Assembly: GCA_044360195.1 (NCBI GenBank)
Contig: JBIKKT010000002.1
Coordinates: forward strand, 31,247 to 95,246
Reading direction: 5' to 3'
DNA length: 64,000 nt
Source: Bdellovibrionota bacterium
Lineage (GTDB): Bacteria > Bdellovibrionota_C > UBA2361 > OMII01
The notes under the pieces were generated by a model. That model was not told where the DNA came from. It searched no databases and saw only the letters and a list, made by a program, of their open reading frames with translations. Of the stretch, positions 21,701 to 31,519 are shown piece after piece. The first letter of the stretch is position 1. Every line of letters begins with the position of its first letter. The translations under genes were made by a program, and so were the position numbers.

Positions 21701-22855
21701 CGCGTTGAGGATGGTGCTGAAGTTAAGAGCGGCGCCCTTCTAACAGAGTGGGATCCGTTTACTATACCTATCTTGAGCGATGTTGCAGGACGCGTTGAGT
21801 GGGTTGACGTTAACGAGTACACCATGGAGGAGCGAACTGACGAGCGCACCGGTTTCGTAGAGCGAGAAATCGTTCAAGCGAAGGATCGTAGCTCGGAGCT
21901 CCGTCCACGAATCGTAATTCACGGTGAGAACGGTGAGAGTAGGGTATATAACGTCCCAGTAGGTATCCGTCTCGTAGTTGAACACAACAGTGATATCGAT
22001 GCCGGAGACGTCATCGCGAAGCGTGAACGTGCAACGACGAAGACTAAGGATATCACCGGAGGTCTGCCGCGAGTTGTAGAGCTCTTCGAGGCTCGTAAGC
22101 CAAAGGATCCAGCAGTTGTCAGCGACGTTGAAGGCGTAGTTGATTTCGGTGAAGATTCACGCGGTAAGCGAAAGATCGTTGTTACTCCGGAGGCTGGTGA
22201 TCCGCGCGAGTATCTCGTAGCCAAGACTAAGCACATCGCTGTGCAGAAGGGTGATCGAGTGAAGGCAGGTGAAGTTCTAACTGACGGATCCATTAACCCG
22301 CACGATATCCTCCGTATCGAGGGAACAAAGGCTCTCGCTGGATATCTTGTTAATGAAGTGCAGGAGATCTACCGATTGCAGGGTGTGCGCATCAACGATA
22401 AGCACATCGAGGTTATCGTTCGTCAGATGCTCAAGCGAGTTAAGATCGCTGAGTTCGGCGACAGTCCGTTCCTCGTAGGCGACAGTGTTGAGAGACTCCG
22501 GGTATCAGCAGAGAATCAGCGAGTTGTAGCAGCAGGTGGTAAGCCAGCTGTGTATGAGCCGCTCCTGCTCGGTATTACGAAGGCAGCTCTCGCAACGGAT
22601 TCGTTCATCTCAGCAGCAAGCTTCCAAGAGACCACAAAGGTTCTTACTGAAGCAGCTGTGTCCGGTAAGGTAGATCACCTACGCGGACTGAAAGAGAACG
22701 TGATCATGGGTCGTCTCATCCCAGCTGGATCTGGTGTTGCGGCTTACGCCGCTCGCCACGTCCGAGTGGAGGGTGACGAGGGCGCAGCCAAGAAGCCAGA
22801 GACGAGCTTCAAGGTTGGACCAACGAACCTGGAGAGCTTGCAAGGCTTGTTCTAA
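18725..22855 (+). CDS. rpoC: DNA-directed RNA polymerase subunit beta-prime
   Basis: 1376 aa. N-terminal Zn finger [23 protein letters not shown] and catalytic [16 protein letters not shown]. Confidence 0.95.
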   Translation: MDDLFSLFERPKNPIKFNALKISLASPERIRSWSFGEVTKPETINYRTLKPERDGLFCAKIFGPVKDYECICGKYKRLRHRGVVCEKCGVEVIQSKVRRERMGHIELACPVAHIWFLKSLPSRIGNILDLTLRDLEKVLYFESYVVTDPGKTSLKLGELLTEREYRTAREEFGSGFDAGMGAEAVFLLLQAINVDAACAELREEMKDVTSEAKKKKLAKRLRVLSSFQQSGNKPEWMILNVVPVIPPDLRPLVPLDGGRFATSDLNDLYRRVINRNNRLKRLIELNAPDIIIRNEKRMLQESVDALFDNGRRGRTITGPNKRPLKSLSDMLKGKGGRFRQNLLGKRVDYSGRSVIVVGPELRLHQCGLPKKMALELFKPFIYNKLEERGYVTTIKSAKKMVEKEKPVVWDILDEVIREHPVLLNRAPTLHRLGIQAFEPILIEGKAIQLHPLVCTAFNADFDGDQMAVHVPLSIEAQVEARVLMMSTNNILSPANGKPIIVPSQDIVLGLYYMTRERPFAAGENRVYSSSDEVWLAWQSGETHLQAKIRCRIDGKLESTTVGRTLLYHLCPRVLPFSHFNKVMKKKEISQLIDEAFRVAGNKATVLLADKLKDNGYFFATISGISIGIQDMVIPDAKKGLLGEADSKVAEIDSQYREGLVTAGERYNKVIDIWSDVGDRIAQDMMETISTTEFKDSATGEMKQGPSFNPIFIMADSGARGSSQQIRQLGGMRGLMAKPDGSIIEQPIKANLREGLTVLQYFVSTHGARKGLADTALKTANSGYLTRKLVDVAQDSIIAEYDCGSAEGLETSAMIEGGEEIESLYNRILGRVAAEDVRDTITNEVLVERNQVIDEEIASKISSSGTDTVLIRSVLTCEAQRGVCGLCYGRDLARGHLVNIGEAVGVIAAQSIGEPGTQLTMRTFHIGGAALGRAESTSLEARYAGLVKLEGVRLARRRDGSSVVMSRKAEILIVDKADGRERERHPLVYGARLRVEDGAEVKSGALLTEWDPFTIPILSDVAGRVEWVDVNEYTMEERTDERTGFVEREIVQAKDRSSELRPRIVIHGENGESRVYNVPVGIRLVVEHNSDIDAGDVIAKRERATTKTKDITGGLPRVVELFEARKPKDPAVVSDVEGVVDFGEDSRGKRKIVVTPEAGDPREYLVAKTKHIAVQKGDRVKAGEVLTDGSINPHDILRIEGTKALAGYLVNEVQEIYRLQGVRINDKHIEVIVRQMLKRVKIAEFGDSPFLVGDSVERLRVSAENQRVVAAGGKPAVYEPLLLGITKAALATDSFISAASFQETTKVLTEAAVSGKVDHLRGLKENVIMGRLIPAGSGVAAYAARHVRVEGDEGAAKKPETSFKVGPTNLESLQGLF

Positions 22856-22884
22856 TAGGGGGTTTTGACCTGTCCCGTTAGCAG

Positions 22885-22919
22885 CGGCCTCCCTCGGAAA
22901 CGAGGGGGGCCGTTTGCTT
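22885..22919 (+). terminator. rho-independent terminator after rpoC
   Basis: GGCCTCCCTCG-GAAA-CGAGGGGGGCC followed by GTTTGCTTT. Confidence 0.6.
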
Positions 22920-22983
22920 TGGTGGGTGCTGGTGCTGGGGTATGTCCCAGCATTATGTAAAAGATATAAAACAGCGAGCTAGC

Positions 22984-23319
22984 TTACTGCGAGCAGTCCT
23001 GTGGGCAGCTTTGCGGTGTCTCCGCGCATGGGCACCCTAGTGCCATGCACACCATCTCTTCGCATCTACCGTTTCCGCACACATCTTTGCACGGTTTCTC
23101 TTCCCTAAGAGGACGCGAGCCTTCATCAATAAAACGCATGCCCTCGGCTGATACGCACTGAGCGGGAAGGCTCTTTAGTATCTTGCCCCCCTGAGCCACA
23201 CATTCGCTGAAGGTCCGCGGGGCAGTGGGGGGCGTAAGTGGCTGAGCATGACTTACGCATCCAGCATGTGTCAGCAGGGTTCCTCCAAGGAGGAGAAGGT
23301 AAATGAGAGTTGTTTTCAT
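22984..23319 (-). CDS. small secreted cysteine-rich protein
   Basis: 111 aa. N-terminal signal peptide MKTTLIYLLLLGGTLLTHAGC and 14 Cys in the mature part (CKDVCGNGRCEEMVCMALGCPCAETPQSCPQDC). Confidence 0.4.
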   Translation of the reverse strand: MKTTLIYLLLLGGTLLTHAGCVSHAQPLTPPTAPRTFSECVAQGGKILKSLPAQCVSAEGMRFIDEGSRPLREEKPCKDVCGNGRCEEMVCMALGCPCAETPQSCPQDCSQ

Positions 23320-23427
23320 GGTTCTTTAAAGTTAGGTCTACAGCGTAGAAGCGCGCAGCACAAGAGCTTGCCTCAACAGGCCTAGCCATTGTAAGACACC
23401 CTCACTCATCATACAGGGGGCTAGCCT

Positions 23428-23895
23428 ATGAAACCATGTCGCGCATTATCTCTCCTGTGTTGTTTTCTTCTGAGCTGCGGTGGAACTGCAGCCGACTTCG
23501 CTGGGGTGTGGCAGGGGTCGTTTGTGCGACTTACCAATAGCTGCCAATTTCAGGTGGCTGCGGATATAAACCCACTCTTTCCTCTAACAGTCAATATCGA
23601 CGACCAAGAGGTCTACACGGTCCAAGCTATCGATGGAAGTAAGGCGGTAGGTGGGCAGGGCTCCGGTGAAACGAGCAGCTTTTTAGCCTCAGCAGCGGTC
23701 TTTGGCGACTATGGGTCAATAGCACCATATACGTGTGAATCGGTGCTCTCTTCAGTAGGGTTCCTTGATCGGGGAACAGATAAGGCTACGGTAACGCTTA
23801 AGATCTCGTTTACGAAGTGTCGACCGGCTGGTTCAACCTCCTCTCCTCGAAGCTGCGCCGCCATATACTCAAGTGAGTCTGAAAGGGTGGGGTAG
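23428..23895 (+). CDS. putative lipoprotein
   Basis: Signal peptide with lipobox LLSCGG. 155 aa with no known domain. Confidence 0.4.
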   Translation: MKPCRALSLLCCFLLSCGGTAADFAGVWQGSFVRLTNSCQFQVAADINPLFPLTVNIDDQEVYTVQAIDGSKAVGGQGSGETSSFLASAAVFGDYGSIAPYTCESVLSSVGFLDRGTDKATVTLKISFTKCRPAGSTSSPRSCAAIYSSESERVG

Positions 23896-23898
23896 GCG

Positions 23899-23923
23899 GG
23901 TGGCGTAATCGCCACCTTTTCTC
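23899..23923 (+). terminator. rho-independent terminator
   Basis: GGTGGCG-TAAT-CGCCACC followed by TTTTCTC, starting 4 nt after the lipoprotein stop. Confidence 0.5.
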
Positions 23924-24006
23924 AAGCCGTTGACCCCCTTACCGATAAGACAGGGGTGATGCTCGCTGGTTTAAGGCGCGAGCATTCGTGCCGCTTGGGA
24001 GGGGAT

Positions 24007-25692
24007 ATGAGCGAGTCAACAAAGCAGAAGGTTTCAATAGCAAGCGTTGTTTCAGACGCGCAAAAGATTAGAGATCGGCAAAAAGCTAACCAGCAGCAGG
24101 CTGACCAAACATTCACCCAATCGAATGCATTCGCCCAGATAATGCTTAATGATAGCCTTTCGCCCGAGCAGAAGCGTGACGCGATGGTTGCTCAGCTTGT
24201 CTTCTCCGCAGAGGCAACCAAGGAGCAAAACCGCCAGAAGCTTGATGCCTTTGGCGCCTTTAAGGAGTATCTGCAGGAGCAGCGCAAGATTCTAAACAGG
24301 GAGGGGATTAGACTTCAAGACACCGAGGCGTTCGCCGAATTGCAAAGCGTTGTTGATGAGATGACGAAAGCTAGCCTTGATTTTCAAGAGCGGGCGAAGC
24401 CTCTGATTGAGATATTGTCGGCAGTCTTTGAGATTAGAAAACAAGATAAGATCCCCGATGTCTACAGAGAGATACAGAAAGATAAGGAGTGGTCAGAGGA
24501 GCAGAATAACCGACTTATTGAGCTCGACGATCAGCTTAAAAAATTAGTAGCCGAGAACGAACGGTTGGAGCGATGGAAGGCACAGCTGTCGCAGGATAAG
24601 TCTCTTTTTGGTTTTGGTCCGACTAAGCGCAGCGCCCTTCAGCAGATCGCTCAGATTGACGCAGTCGATAAGGTAAAGACGTCCCAGGCTCTAGCAGATA
24701 CGCTAGAGCATATTCAGAATCAAAAGAATGTAATCGCAGCCGGTCGTAGCTCGGAGAATCCAGAGCTTGTTGAGCAAAAACGCATTTTACGCGAGTTCTT
24801 GAATCTCTCTAAGGAAGAAAATCGAGATAGACAGAAACGTCTCATAGAAGCTGCAGTTACGTATGTCGATACTTCCGATGCTCGGCTGAAGAGCGTTCTT
24901 GGCACCCTTGGACGTCTTGGTAAGCATGCAGAGGTCCTCTCTGATACCAATGGAATATTGAAGAACATGCACCTCGTTATGGATGAGGCGCTGAAGGATG
25001 CAGCTAAGTGCAACGATGACCTTAAACGCAACCTTTCAGAGCAGCCTGGAGATGAATCCGCGATTGCTCGCATGACCCGTGAGGAGAAGCTCGCCGATTT
25101 GAACGAATGCATCGGTCGCTCCGACGACCACGCCGTTGATGTCGCAAATTCAGTTGGTGGGCTCACCAAGCATGCAGTTCAGATACAGGCTTACAAAGAT
25201 ACGATCCGTAATGAAAGCGGTAGTACCAAGAGGCTGCACCTCGAAGGAGTATCGCAGATGGGCGAGCAGCTAATGTCTGTCATTAGTGCTATTTCGTCTG
25301 CGGCAACAACTGAATCACGTTCGCTAGCGGCGGATAACTTCGCTAAAATGGCGGCGCAGAATCAGACTATTATTTCGCAAGAGGTGGTTAAAAATGCCAC
25401 CACAATCGACCTTGAAGCGCAACAGATCTCGCGGCTAGTAGGTGAGCTGCAAGACTATGGTGATGTGTTAAAGGCTTCAAGTGATATAGCGAATGCCGGC
25501 TATGCTCGTATGCGCGATACGATTGGAGCGATTCGAAAGGTATCAGGCGCTGTTCAAGGTGCCATCCAGGACTTAGTCGAGGACAGGGCCGAGGCGCAGA
25601 TCGCGAGCGGAGAGCCAGCCTCCCAGGTTGAGGGCGGAGAAAAGGCACAGACTGGCTTCGTTAATCCTTTTGATAAGATTGGAAACTCATAA
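24007..25692 (+). CDS. long coiled-coil protein of unknown function
   Basis: SD GGGAGGGG before the ATG at 24007 (the ORF track starts at a GTG at 23956). About 560 aa, almost entirely predicted alpha-helical and heptad-rich (Q/E/K/L). No TM segment and no enzymatic motif. Confidence 0.45.
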   Translation: MSESTKQKVSIASVVSDAQKIRDRQKANQQQADQTFTQSNAFAQIMLNDSLSPEQKRDAMVAQLVFSAEATKEQNRQKLDAFGAFKEYLQEQRKILNREGIRLQDTEAFAELQSVVDEMTKASLDFQERAKPLIEILSAVFEIRKQDKIPDVYREIQKDKEWSEEQNNRLIELDDQLKKLVAENERLERWKAQLSQDKSLFGFGPTKRSALQQIAQIDAVDKVKTSQALADTLEHIQNQKNVIAAGRSSENPELVEQKRILREFLNLSKEENRDRQKRLIEAAVTYVDTSDARLKSVLGTLGRLGKHAEVLSDTNGILKNMHLVMDEALKDAAKCNDDLKRNLSEQPGDESAIARMTREEKLADLNECIGRSDDHAVDVANSVGGLTKHAVQIQAYKDTIRNESGSTKRLHLEGVSQMGEQLMSVISAISSAATTESRSLAADNFAKMAAQNQTIISQEVVKNATTIDLEAQQISRLVGELQDYGDVLKASSDIANAGYARMRDTIGAIRKVSGAVQGAIQDLVEDRAEAQIASGEPASQVEGGEKAQTGFVNPFDKIGNS

Positions 25693-25703
25693 CACAGAGA
25701 CGG

Positions 25704-27899
25704 ATGAGCCCCATGGCAGATCGAGTGAACAACGTAACCGTTGACGTCCTTACTCGCGGCTCAGATATTCTGGCGCGGTGCCCGAGCTTTGCGCTAGTCG
25801 GAAGAGACTCTGAGCTGGCCGAGCTCTCGACCGTGCTTATGAAGCTTAGGCGAAGAAACCTTATCGTCACTGGCCGCGGTGGAGTCGGAGTGAGCGCGAT
25901 TGTGCTGGGGCTCCAAGCAAGCAAGAAAAATTTAACCACTCCGGTTGATATCGTGGGAATGCGATTTTTCTGGTTGGATACAGACCGACTGTTTGAATCA
26001 GGGGATAACCGCGCTATTCACGCGGCTTTTGAGCGATCACGACAGACGCTTGCTGCAACTCCGTCTGCTGTTCTAGTAATCGAGGACAGCGCAGATTTTG
26101 TGCGCTCGGCGAGCACAAATGGATGTACGAGTTTGATCCACGGCTTGATGGGCGACTTAAAAGCACAGAAGTACCAGGCTATCTTGGAGACCAGCGATGA
26201 GGGGCTCGGAGAGATCCTGAAATGTGACGGTGACCTGCTCGAAAACTGTACACTCTACGAAGTTAAAGAGCCCGATGCTGAAAGTCTGCGATTGATCGTA
26301 GCACAATCAAAGAACGAACTTGAACGGCACCACAGAGTCAGGGTAAGCGAGGGCGCTCTTGAGGCGGCGGTGCAATTGACCGAGAAATATAAACTCACCG
26401 AGTTACGAGCGCAGCCAGATGCTGCCATCACACTCCTCGATCTCGCGTTGACGCATTTGTGTCGCGACGCGCATATTACTCCCCTGAATATCAAGGAGCT
26501 AAGGGATAACATGTTGAATGCTCCGGCGGTAGAAGCCGAGCAGTTGCAAGGTCAGCTGGCGGCGGCTGAAAAGGAGTGGGATGATCGCCAGCGCCTGGTG
26601 CGCGCACTTTATCGTGAGATAAGTGACGGAGAGGAACAGATTCGACTTCTCCAGCAGACAGTTGTTTCCCTCCGAGACCAGCACACTGCCCGGCTTGGGG
26701 AGCTTAATCGAAATAGGGACACCGCGTCAGGTCAGGCAAGCGGGGGACCACTTGAGGTGTATCGACAGGCAGACACTCCAGAGATGGCTGATGTAAAGAG
26801 GAAGATCTCAACGCTCGAATCGTTGGTAGCAGATGCCACCAGAAAATATGAGCAAAAGGTCGCAGAGGTCTATGCGGGTCTGTCTCTGCACGAATCCCAC
26901 GTGCTAAAATCCTTTAGCATTCTGTCCGGTATTCCTGTTGATAAGCTCACCGAAAACGAGCGCGGTAAGCTGCGAGGCTTACACGAGGTTCTGTCGGCGC
27001 GTGTAGTAGGTCAGCTGGAGCCAACTACCGAAGTAGCGAAAGCTGTAAAGCGTGCCCGCCTTGGGCTAAAGTTGCCGAATAAGCCGTCTGGCACCTTTAT
27101 GTTTCTTGGACCATCTGGGGTAGGTAAGACAGAGCTTGCAAAGTCTTTGGCTGAAGCATTATCTGTTCCCCTTCTACGATTCGATATGTCCGAGTATATG
27201 GAGAAGCATGCTGTTGCTAAGCTTATTGGAGCTCCTCCGGGGTACGAAGGGTATGAGCAGGGAGGAATCCTCACTAATCAAGTTCGTCGAAATCCTTACA
27301 GCGTTGTTCTCTTTGACGAAATCGAGAAAGCTCACACTGATGTTTTTAATGTAATGCTACAGCTTCTTGATGATGCGCGACTAACCGATAGTAGGGGACT
27401 AACGGCCTCCTTCAAGGATACTATCGTTATTATGACCACGAACATCGGCACTCCTCACTTCCTTGACGAAGCCGTCCCGTTTGAGGAGTCAAAAAAGCTA
27501 GCGCTCGCCGATTTGCGAGCCCAGTATCGCCCCGAATTCTTGGGGCGCTTCGGTGGTAACATCTACGCATTCCAGCGTCTTGGCTTTGATGTTTTAGAGG
27601 CGATTGCCCGCAAAGAAGTGCGCCGTATCAACGAGCTCGTTCAGCAGCAGGGGATATCACTTGTAATGGAGCAGGAAGATATTCAGCAGATGGTCAAGGG
27701 GGTCTATGTGGCCCGCGAAGGTGCACGAAGTATTCTAGGTTACCTTGATCGGAGCCTCACCTCCGCTCTGGCAGATCTTATTCTGCGCGAGGGAGGAATG
27801 ACCGGCGAGGTTGTAGCGCGCTTTGATACTGAGTCACGTAGCATACTCATAGACCCTCGTTCAGGTCCGAGAGCTGTGCCGAAGGCTCACGGTGCTTAA
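25704..27899 (+). CDS. ClpB-like AAA+ ATPase lacking the N-domain, with degenerate NBD1 and intact NBD2
   Basis: NBD2 is near-canonical ClpB (FLGPSGVGKTELAK, GAPPGYEGYEQGG, VVLFDEIEKAHTDVFNVMLQLLDDARLTDSRG). NBD1 aligns but has Walker A GRGGVGVSA (no Lys) and Walker B LVIEDSA in place of FIDELH. A coiled-coil M-domain is present. Only about 35 aa precede NBD1. Confidence 0.7.
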   Translation: MSPMADRVNNVTVDVLTRGSDILARCPSFALVGRDSELAELSTVLMKLRRRNLIVTGRGGVGVSAIVLGLQASKKNLTTPVDIVGMRFFWLDTDRLFESGDNRAIHAAFERSRQTLAATPSAVLVIEDSADFVRSASTNGCTSLIHGLMGDLKAQKYQAILETSDEGLGEILKCDGDLLENCTLYEVKEPDAESLRLIVAQSKNELERHHRVRVSEGALEAAVQLTEKYKLTELRAQPDAAITLLDLALTHLCRDAHITPLNIKELRDNMLNAPAVEAEQLQGQLAAAEKEWDDRQRLVRALYREISDGEEQIRLLQQTVVSLRDQHTARLGELNRNRDTASGQASGGPLEVYRQADTPEMADVKRKISTLESLVADATRKYEQKVAEVYAGLSLHESHVLKSFSILSGIPVDKLTENERGKLRGLHEVLSARVVGQLEPTTEVAKAVKRARLGLKLPNKPSGTFMFLGPSGVGKTELAKSLAEALSVPLLRFDMSEYMEKHAVAKLIGAPPGYEGYEQGGILTNQVRRNPYSVVLFDEIEKAHTDVFNVMLQLLDDARLTDSRGLTASFKDTIVIMTTNIGTPHFLDEAVPFEESKKLALADLRAQYRPEFLGRFGGNIYAFQRLGFDVLEAIARKEVRRINELVQQQGISLVMEQEDIQQMVKGVYVAREGARSILGYLDRSLTSALADLILREGGMTGEVVARFDTESRSILIDPRSGPRAVPKAHGA

Positions 27900-27911
27900 T
27901 CGTCGAATTGT

Positions 27912-28736
27912 ATGAGTAGCAGAGATGATCCGACTTTAAAGCGGGCTCGCGAGGAGATGGAGGGTGTATACTCTCGCGCCCGCAAAATCATCGAGGAACC
28001 GCGCCGAAGTAGCACGACAGGTCAGCAAGAGAAGAATGTCCTGCAAGCGCTCGCTGAGATGCAGGAAAATCTGAATTTCTTCAGCCGTCTTCTACGTGGA
28101 GGTCGCGAAGTAGTTGTTGGGGTGTGGCAGCAGGCTCTCGCTCCAGTGTGGAGGTTCGTTGCGCCTCCGCTACGCTTTATCGGACGAAACTACATGCGTG
28201 TGTGGAGTTCCGTGGTGTTTGTTGTCGATCCGTTGACCCGGGAGCGGAGCATTTCTCGAACACGCTCTACGCTGATGCTTGTAGCCACTGTTTTATGTCT
28301 ATCGATATTTACGGATACTCGCTTGGGCGAGGCGGCGCGCTTTTTTTCAACTGAGCCGCTATGTGACTCGGTCTTGATTGCGACATCGCTTAGGACTGAG
28401 GTGTTTTACCTCAGCCAATCAGAAGAAGTAGACCCAGAGCAAAACGTGCACGCAGTTCGTGGTTGTCGATCACGGGGAGAGTGCTCAGAGCTTGACGCAG
28501 TGTACTTTCGAGTGCGACCGCGGTTGGCTCACGACGTATGGAAGCTGTTCGCGTATGGCAATCCAGTATATGTGCCCGACCACGTAGTTGCGCCGATAGC
28601 ACCCGGTATCAACGAGTGTCATGTAACGTATTATGGATATCGGATGACCGCTTCCTGGATAGCTCGAATTTTACGATCCCTTCAGGTCTATCCAACCCTG
28701 TTAGAAGTTAAGTGCTCCCATCTGAATGCTGGCTAG
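27912..28736 (+). CDS. hypothetical protein with a central hydrophobic segment
   Basis: 274 aa, 12 nt after the ATPase gene. One hydrophobic stretch LMLVATVLCLSIF and a Cys/His/Tyr-rich C-terminus (NECHVTYYGYRM). Confidence 0.35.
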   Translation: MSSRDDPTLKRAREEMEGVYSRARKIIEEPRRSSTTGQQEKNVLQALAEMQENLNFFSRLLRGGREVVVGVWQQALAPVWRFVAPPLRFIGRNYMRVWSSVVFVVDPLTRERSISRTRSTLMLVATVLCLSIFTDTRLGEAARFFSTEPLCDSVLIATSLRTEVFYLSQSEEVDPEQNVHAVRGCRSRGECSELDAVYFRVRPRLAHDVWKLFAYGNPVYVPDHVVAPIAPGINECHVTYYGYRMTASWIARILRSLQVYPTLLEVKCSHLNAG

Positions 28737-28838
28737 AAGGCTGCCTAGGGACCTCGAGCGTAAGCTACCTTCAGATCTCGGCTATTCACTCCGTGTAACG
28801 TGGTTGCAAATGCTCACCTGGTGCAATAATCTGACGGC

Positions 28839-30038
28839 ATGTTTAACCCAAAAGTGGCCCAAATGCGCCCCTACACCGCCGCTCGCAAGGCGCAGCTCTT
28901 CTCTGTGCTAGAGCGACCCATAGTGGCCGACCTTACTATCGGGGAGCCGCAGCACACTCCTGATCCAAGAGTGGTTGAGATCCTTAATCAGTCAGCCAGT
29001 GATTCAATAGGGAAGTATCCAAAGACCAAACAGGAGCCTTTCCTTACCGAGGCGATAATTTCAGCCAACGTGAAATCAAAGAAGCTTGCTTCTTCAGCTA
29101 TCTCTGAATCGCAAGTGCTTGCGGGGTTAGGTAGTGGTGAGTTGTTGTATTCGTTTGCTACCGCTTGCCTCGATCCAGAGAAGCCGTATGTGCTCATCCC
29201 TAATCCTGCTTATCAGGTTTATTCATCAGCAACCGAGTTAGCAGGTGGGATCCCGTACTACTTTAATCTGCTGAAGGAGAATAACTTTCAGCCGGATTTG
29301 GCTCGGATTCCTAAGGATATCTTGGCGCGAACGAGTCTGTGTTATCTCAATAGTCCCAATAATCCGTGTGCCGCATCTTATTCGCAGCAGACCTTGCGTG
29401 ATGTTGTTCTGCTTGCGCGTGAATATGGTTTTGCATTGGCTTCTGATGAGTGTTACGCGGAGATATACTTCAACAACAGACCAACAAGTGTGCTTGAAGT
29501 GTGCGCGGCGCTTGATGGTGATAATTCGTTTAAAAATGTTGTGGCGTTTGATACGCTGTCGAAGCGCAGTAGCTTGCCAGGTTTACGCTCGGGTTCAATG
29601 GTAGGTGATGCCGCGTTAGTCTCTCATTACTTAAAAATTCGATTAAGCGAGCGGAAAGTTCTTCCCTTGAATGTGCAACGTGCATCGGCGTTCGCTTGGA
29701 CGAACTTCGATGATGTTGCGAACAATCGATCACTGTACCACCAGAAGTTTCTACTTGCTCGTGAAGCTTTTAAGGGGAGTGGGTGTTCTGAGGCGCTTCC
29801 GGATGGGACCTTTTACTGGTGGCTGGATATCTCGCAGTATAACTCAAGCGACGAGCAATTCGCATTGGATCTCGCAACCGCAACTGGTATCCTCACGTTC
29901 CCGGGCAGTTGCTTTTCGGTTGTCTGTGATGGGGTGAATCCTGGAGCTGGGTTTATCCGCATTGCGCTTATCGATTCAGTCGATGCGACAGCGTCAACCC
30001 TGAAGACTGCTTCGGAATTTATGAGAAATTATAGGTAG
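28839..30038 (+). CDS. dapC: N-succinyldiaminopimelate aminotransferase (class I PLP aminotransferase, DapC-type)
   Basis: N-terminus MRPYTAARKAQLF...LTIGEPQHTPDP...GKYPKTKQEP parallels Bordetella-type DapC. The PLP-Lys motif FDTLSKRSSLPGLRSG is present. Confidence 0.65.
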   Translation: MFNPKVAQMRPYTAARKAQLFSVLERPIVADLTIGEPQHTPDPRVVEILNQSASDSIGKYPKTKQEPFLTEAIISANVKSKKLASSAISESQVLAGLGSGELLYSFATACLDPEKPYVLIPNPAYQVYSSATELAGGIPYYFNLLKENNFQPDLARIPKDILARTSLCYLNSPNNPCAASYSQQTLRDVVLLAREYGFALASDECYAEIYFNNRPTSVLEVCAALDGDNSFKNVVAFDTLSKRSSLPGLRSGSMVGDAALVSHYLKIRLSERKVLPLNVQRASAFAWTNFDDVANNRSLYHQKFLLAREAFKGSGCSEALPDGTFYWWLDISQYNSSDEQFALDLATATGILTFPGSCFSVVCDGVNPGAGFIRIALIDSVDATASTLKTASEFMRNYR

Positions 30039-30043
30039 GTTGT

Positions 30044-31228
30044 ATGTCATCTGATCTCGCGCGGCAGTACTTTGTTGATAACCTCGAGCGCTTAACGGGC
30101 GCTGTACCACACGTTGCCCTGCTCAAAGTATATCTTGATGACCAGCTGATTCGAACGATTGCAAACGTACCCGGACAATCTGGCTCGTTGCGCGTGCTCT
30201 CTCATTTTCAAAGTGGTGGCGAACTTCTTCCGGCGGGCGTGGCAGGTGCTCTTGAAGTGTTTGCTCCTCTTGTTGAAGAGGCTAAGGCTCATCCGGGGAA
30301 ACATCCAACCATCGACCTCCTGCTAGGGCTTGGCGCTCAACAGATCCTACGCATAGAGCAGGTCGAGAGCTCGCCCAATCTTTTCGTGAAGCTATCGGAT
30401 GGGTCGGCGTCGCAAGACGAGAAGCAGAGAGCAGTTGATCTTCTCGATAAGGGACTTATTCGATGTGCCGAAAAGCTACGTGGCTACACGGTAGCGGGTG
30501 ATGGAATTAAGCTCGTTGATACCGGTACATGGGTCACGCAGCCCTATGCGATCGCGTGTATGAATGCTGCTTTCTCAGCTTTCCCGATGGAGAGAATAGG
30601 GGAGTACTTCTTTGATAAGGTACCGCTTAAAACCGAAGGCTGGGTTGAAGAAGATTATCAGAAAGCCGGAGTGCGATTCGTGCCGGGCTCCTTTGCTCGT
30701 AGGGGGGCTTTTATCGGTGCAGGCGCAACGATAATGCCAGGTGGTATCGTAAACATCGGCGCCTACGTTGCCGGCCAGGGTGTCATGATCGATGGTGGCG
30801 CCCGAGTTGGTTCAGGGGCGCAGGTTGGTAAGGGTGTTAAGCTCGGAGCGGGTTCTGGCATCGAGGGGATACTTGAGCCTGCGGGACGCTTGCCTTCGAT
30901 TATAGAAGATAATGTGCGCGTTGGCGCAAACTGCGAGTTGTGCGGCATTATTGAAGAGGGCGCTGTAATCGCCAGCGGCGTAATTATGGCTTCGGGGAAG
31001 AAGATCTTTGATTTACGAACGAACGCCGAAGTTGAGCCGCGCTACATGGCTATCGGCGAGAAGGTGCTTGAGATTCCTTTTATCCCTAAAAACCGTGTGG
31101 CGGTTGGTGGTGTGTACAGCAAGACCGCGCAGCTAGGGATCGATTGTATCGTGTTGCTTGAGAAAGATGCATCCGATACGAGCTTAAGCAAGATTCCCAA
31201 GAATACGGCTCTCTACATATCGATCTAG
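30044..31228 (+). CDS. dapD: 2,3,4,5-tetrahydropyridine-2,6-dicarboxylate N-succinyltransferase
   Basis: Left-handed beta-helix hexapeptide repeats matching DapD (GAFIGAGATIMPGGIVNIGAYVAGQGVMIDGGARVGSGAQVGKGV, LEPAGRLPSIIEDNVRVGANCEL). Confidence 0.75.
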   Translation: MSSDLARQYFVDNLERLTGAVPHVALLKVYLDDQLIRTIANVPGQSGSLRVLSHFQSGGELLPAGVAGALEVFAPLVEEAKAHPGKHPTIDLLLGLGAQQILRIEQVESSPNLFVKLSDGSASQDEKQRAVDLLDKGLIRCAEKLRGYTVAGDGIKLVDTGTWVTQPYAIACMNAAFSAFPMERIGEYFFDKVPLKTEGWVEEDYQKAGVRFVPGSFARRGAFIGAGATIMPGGIVNIGAYVAGQGVMIDGGARVGSGAQVGKGVKLGAGSGIEGILEPAGRLPSIIEDNVRVGANCELCGIIEEGAVIASGVIMASGKKIFDLRTNAEVEPRYMAIGEKVLEIPFIPKNRVAVGGVYSKTAQLGIDCIVLLEKDASDTSLSKIPKNTALYISI

Positions 31229-31519
31229 GGTGGTGTTCGGAAGCGTAGACCTTCCATGTCTACCAGAATCTTACGTGCGTCACCGCAGCGCCTGGTGAAG
31301 CTTCGCGCTCTAAAAGCGCTGTTAGGCGGCCCCCGAAGCCGCCTCTATACTCAAACAGCGCTGGTGCGTTGTCGCGCTTTCCTCAAGTTTATGAGTCAAT
31401 GTTACGTTTTCAAGTAAATAGGTATTCGATAGAGTATGGTAATAAAAGACGCGTCGACACTCTTTTAACCGAATTGAAGATGATTCAGAGTGGCTGCGAG
31501 ATTTTTAGGGGAATCGTAC

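Noticed and set aside
14728-22293. Antisense and alternative-frame ORFs inside rpoB and rpoC (for example 14728..15258(-), 16113..16598(-), 19511..20029(-), 21919..22293(-))
   Set aside because: They lie entirely within strongly supported rpoB/rpoC coding sequence on the opposite strand. Ser/Thr/Arg-rich composition is typical of antisense frames of GC-balanced genes.
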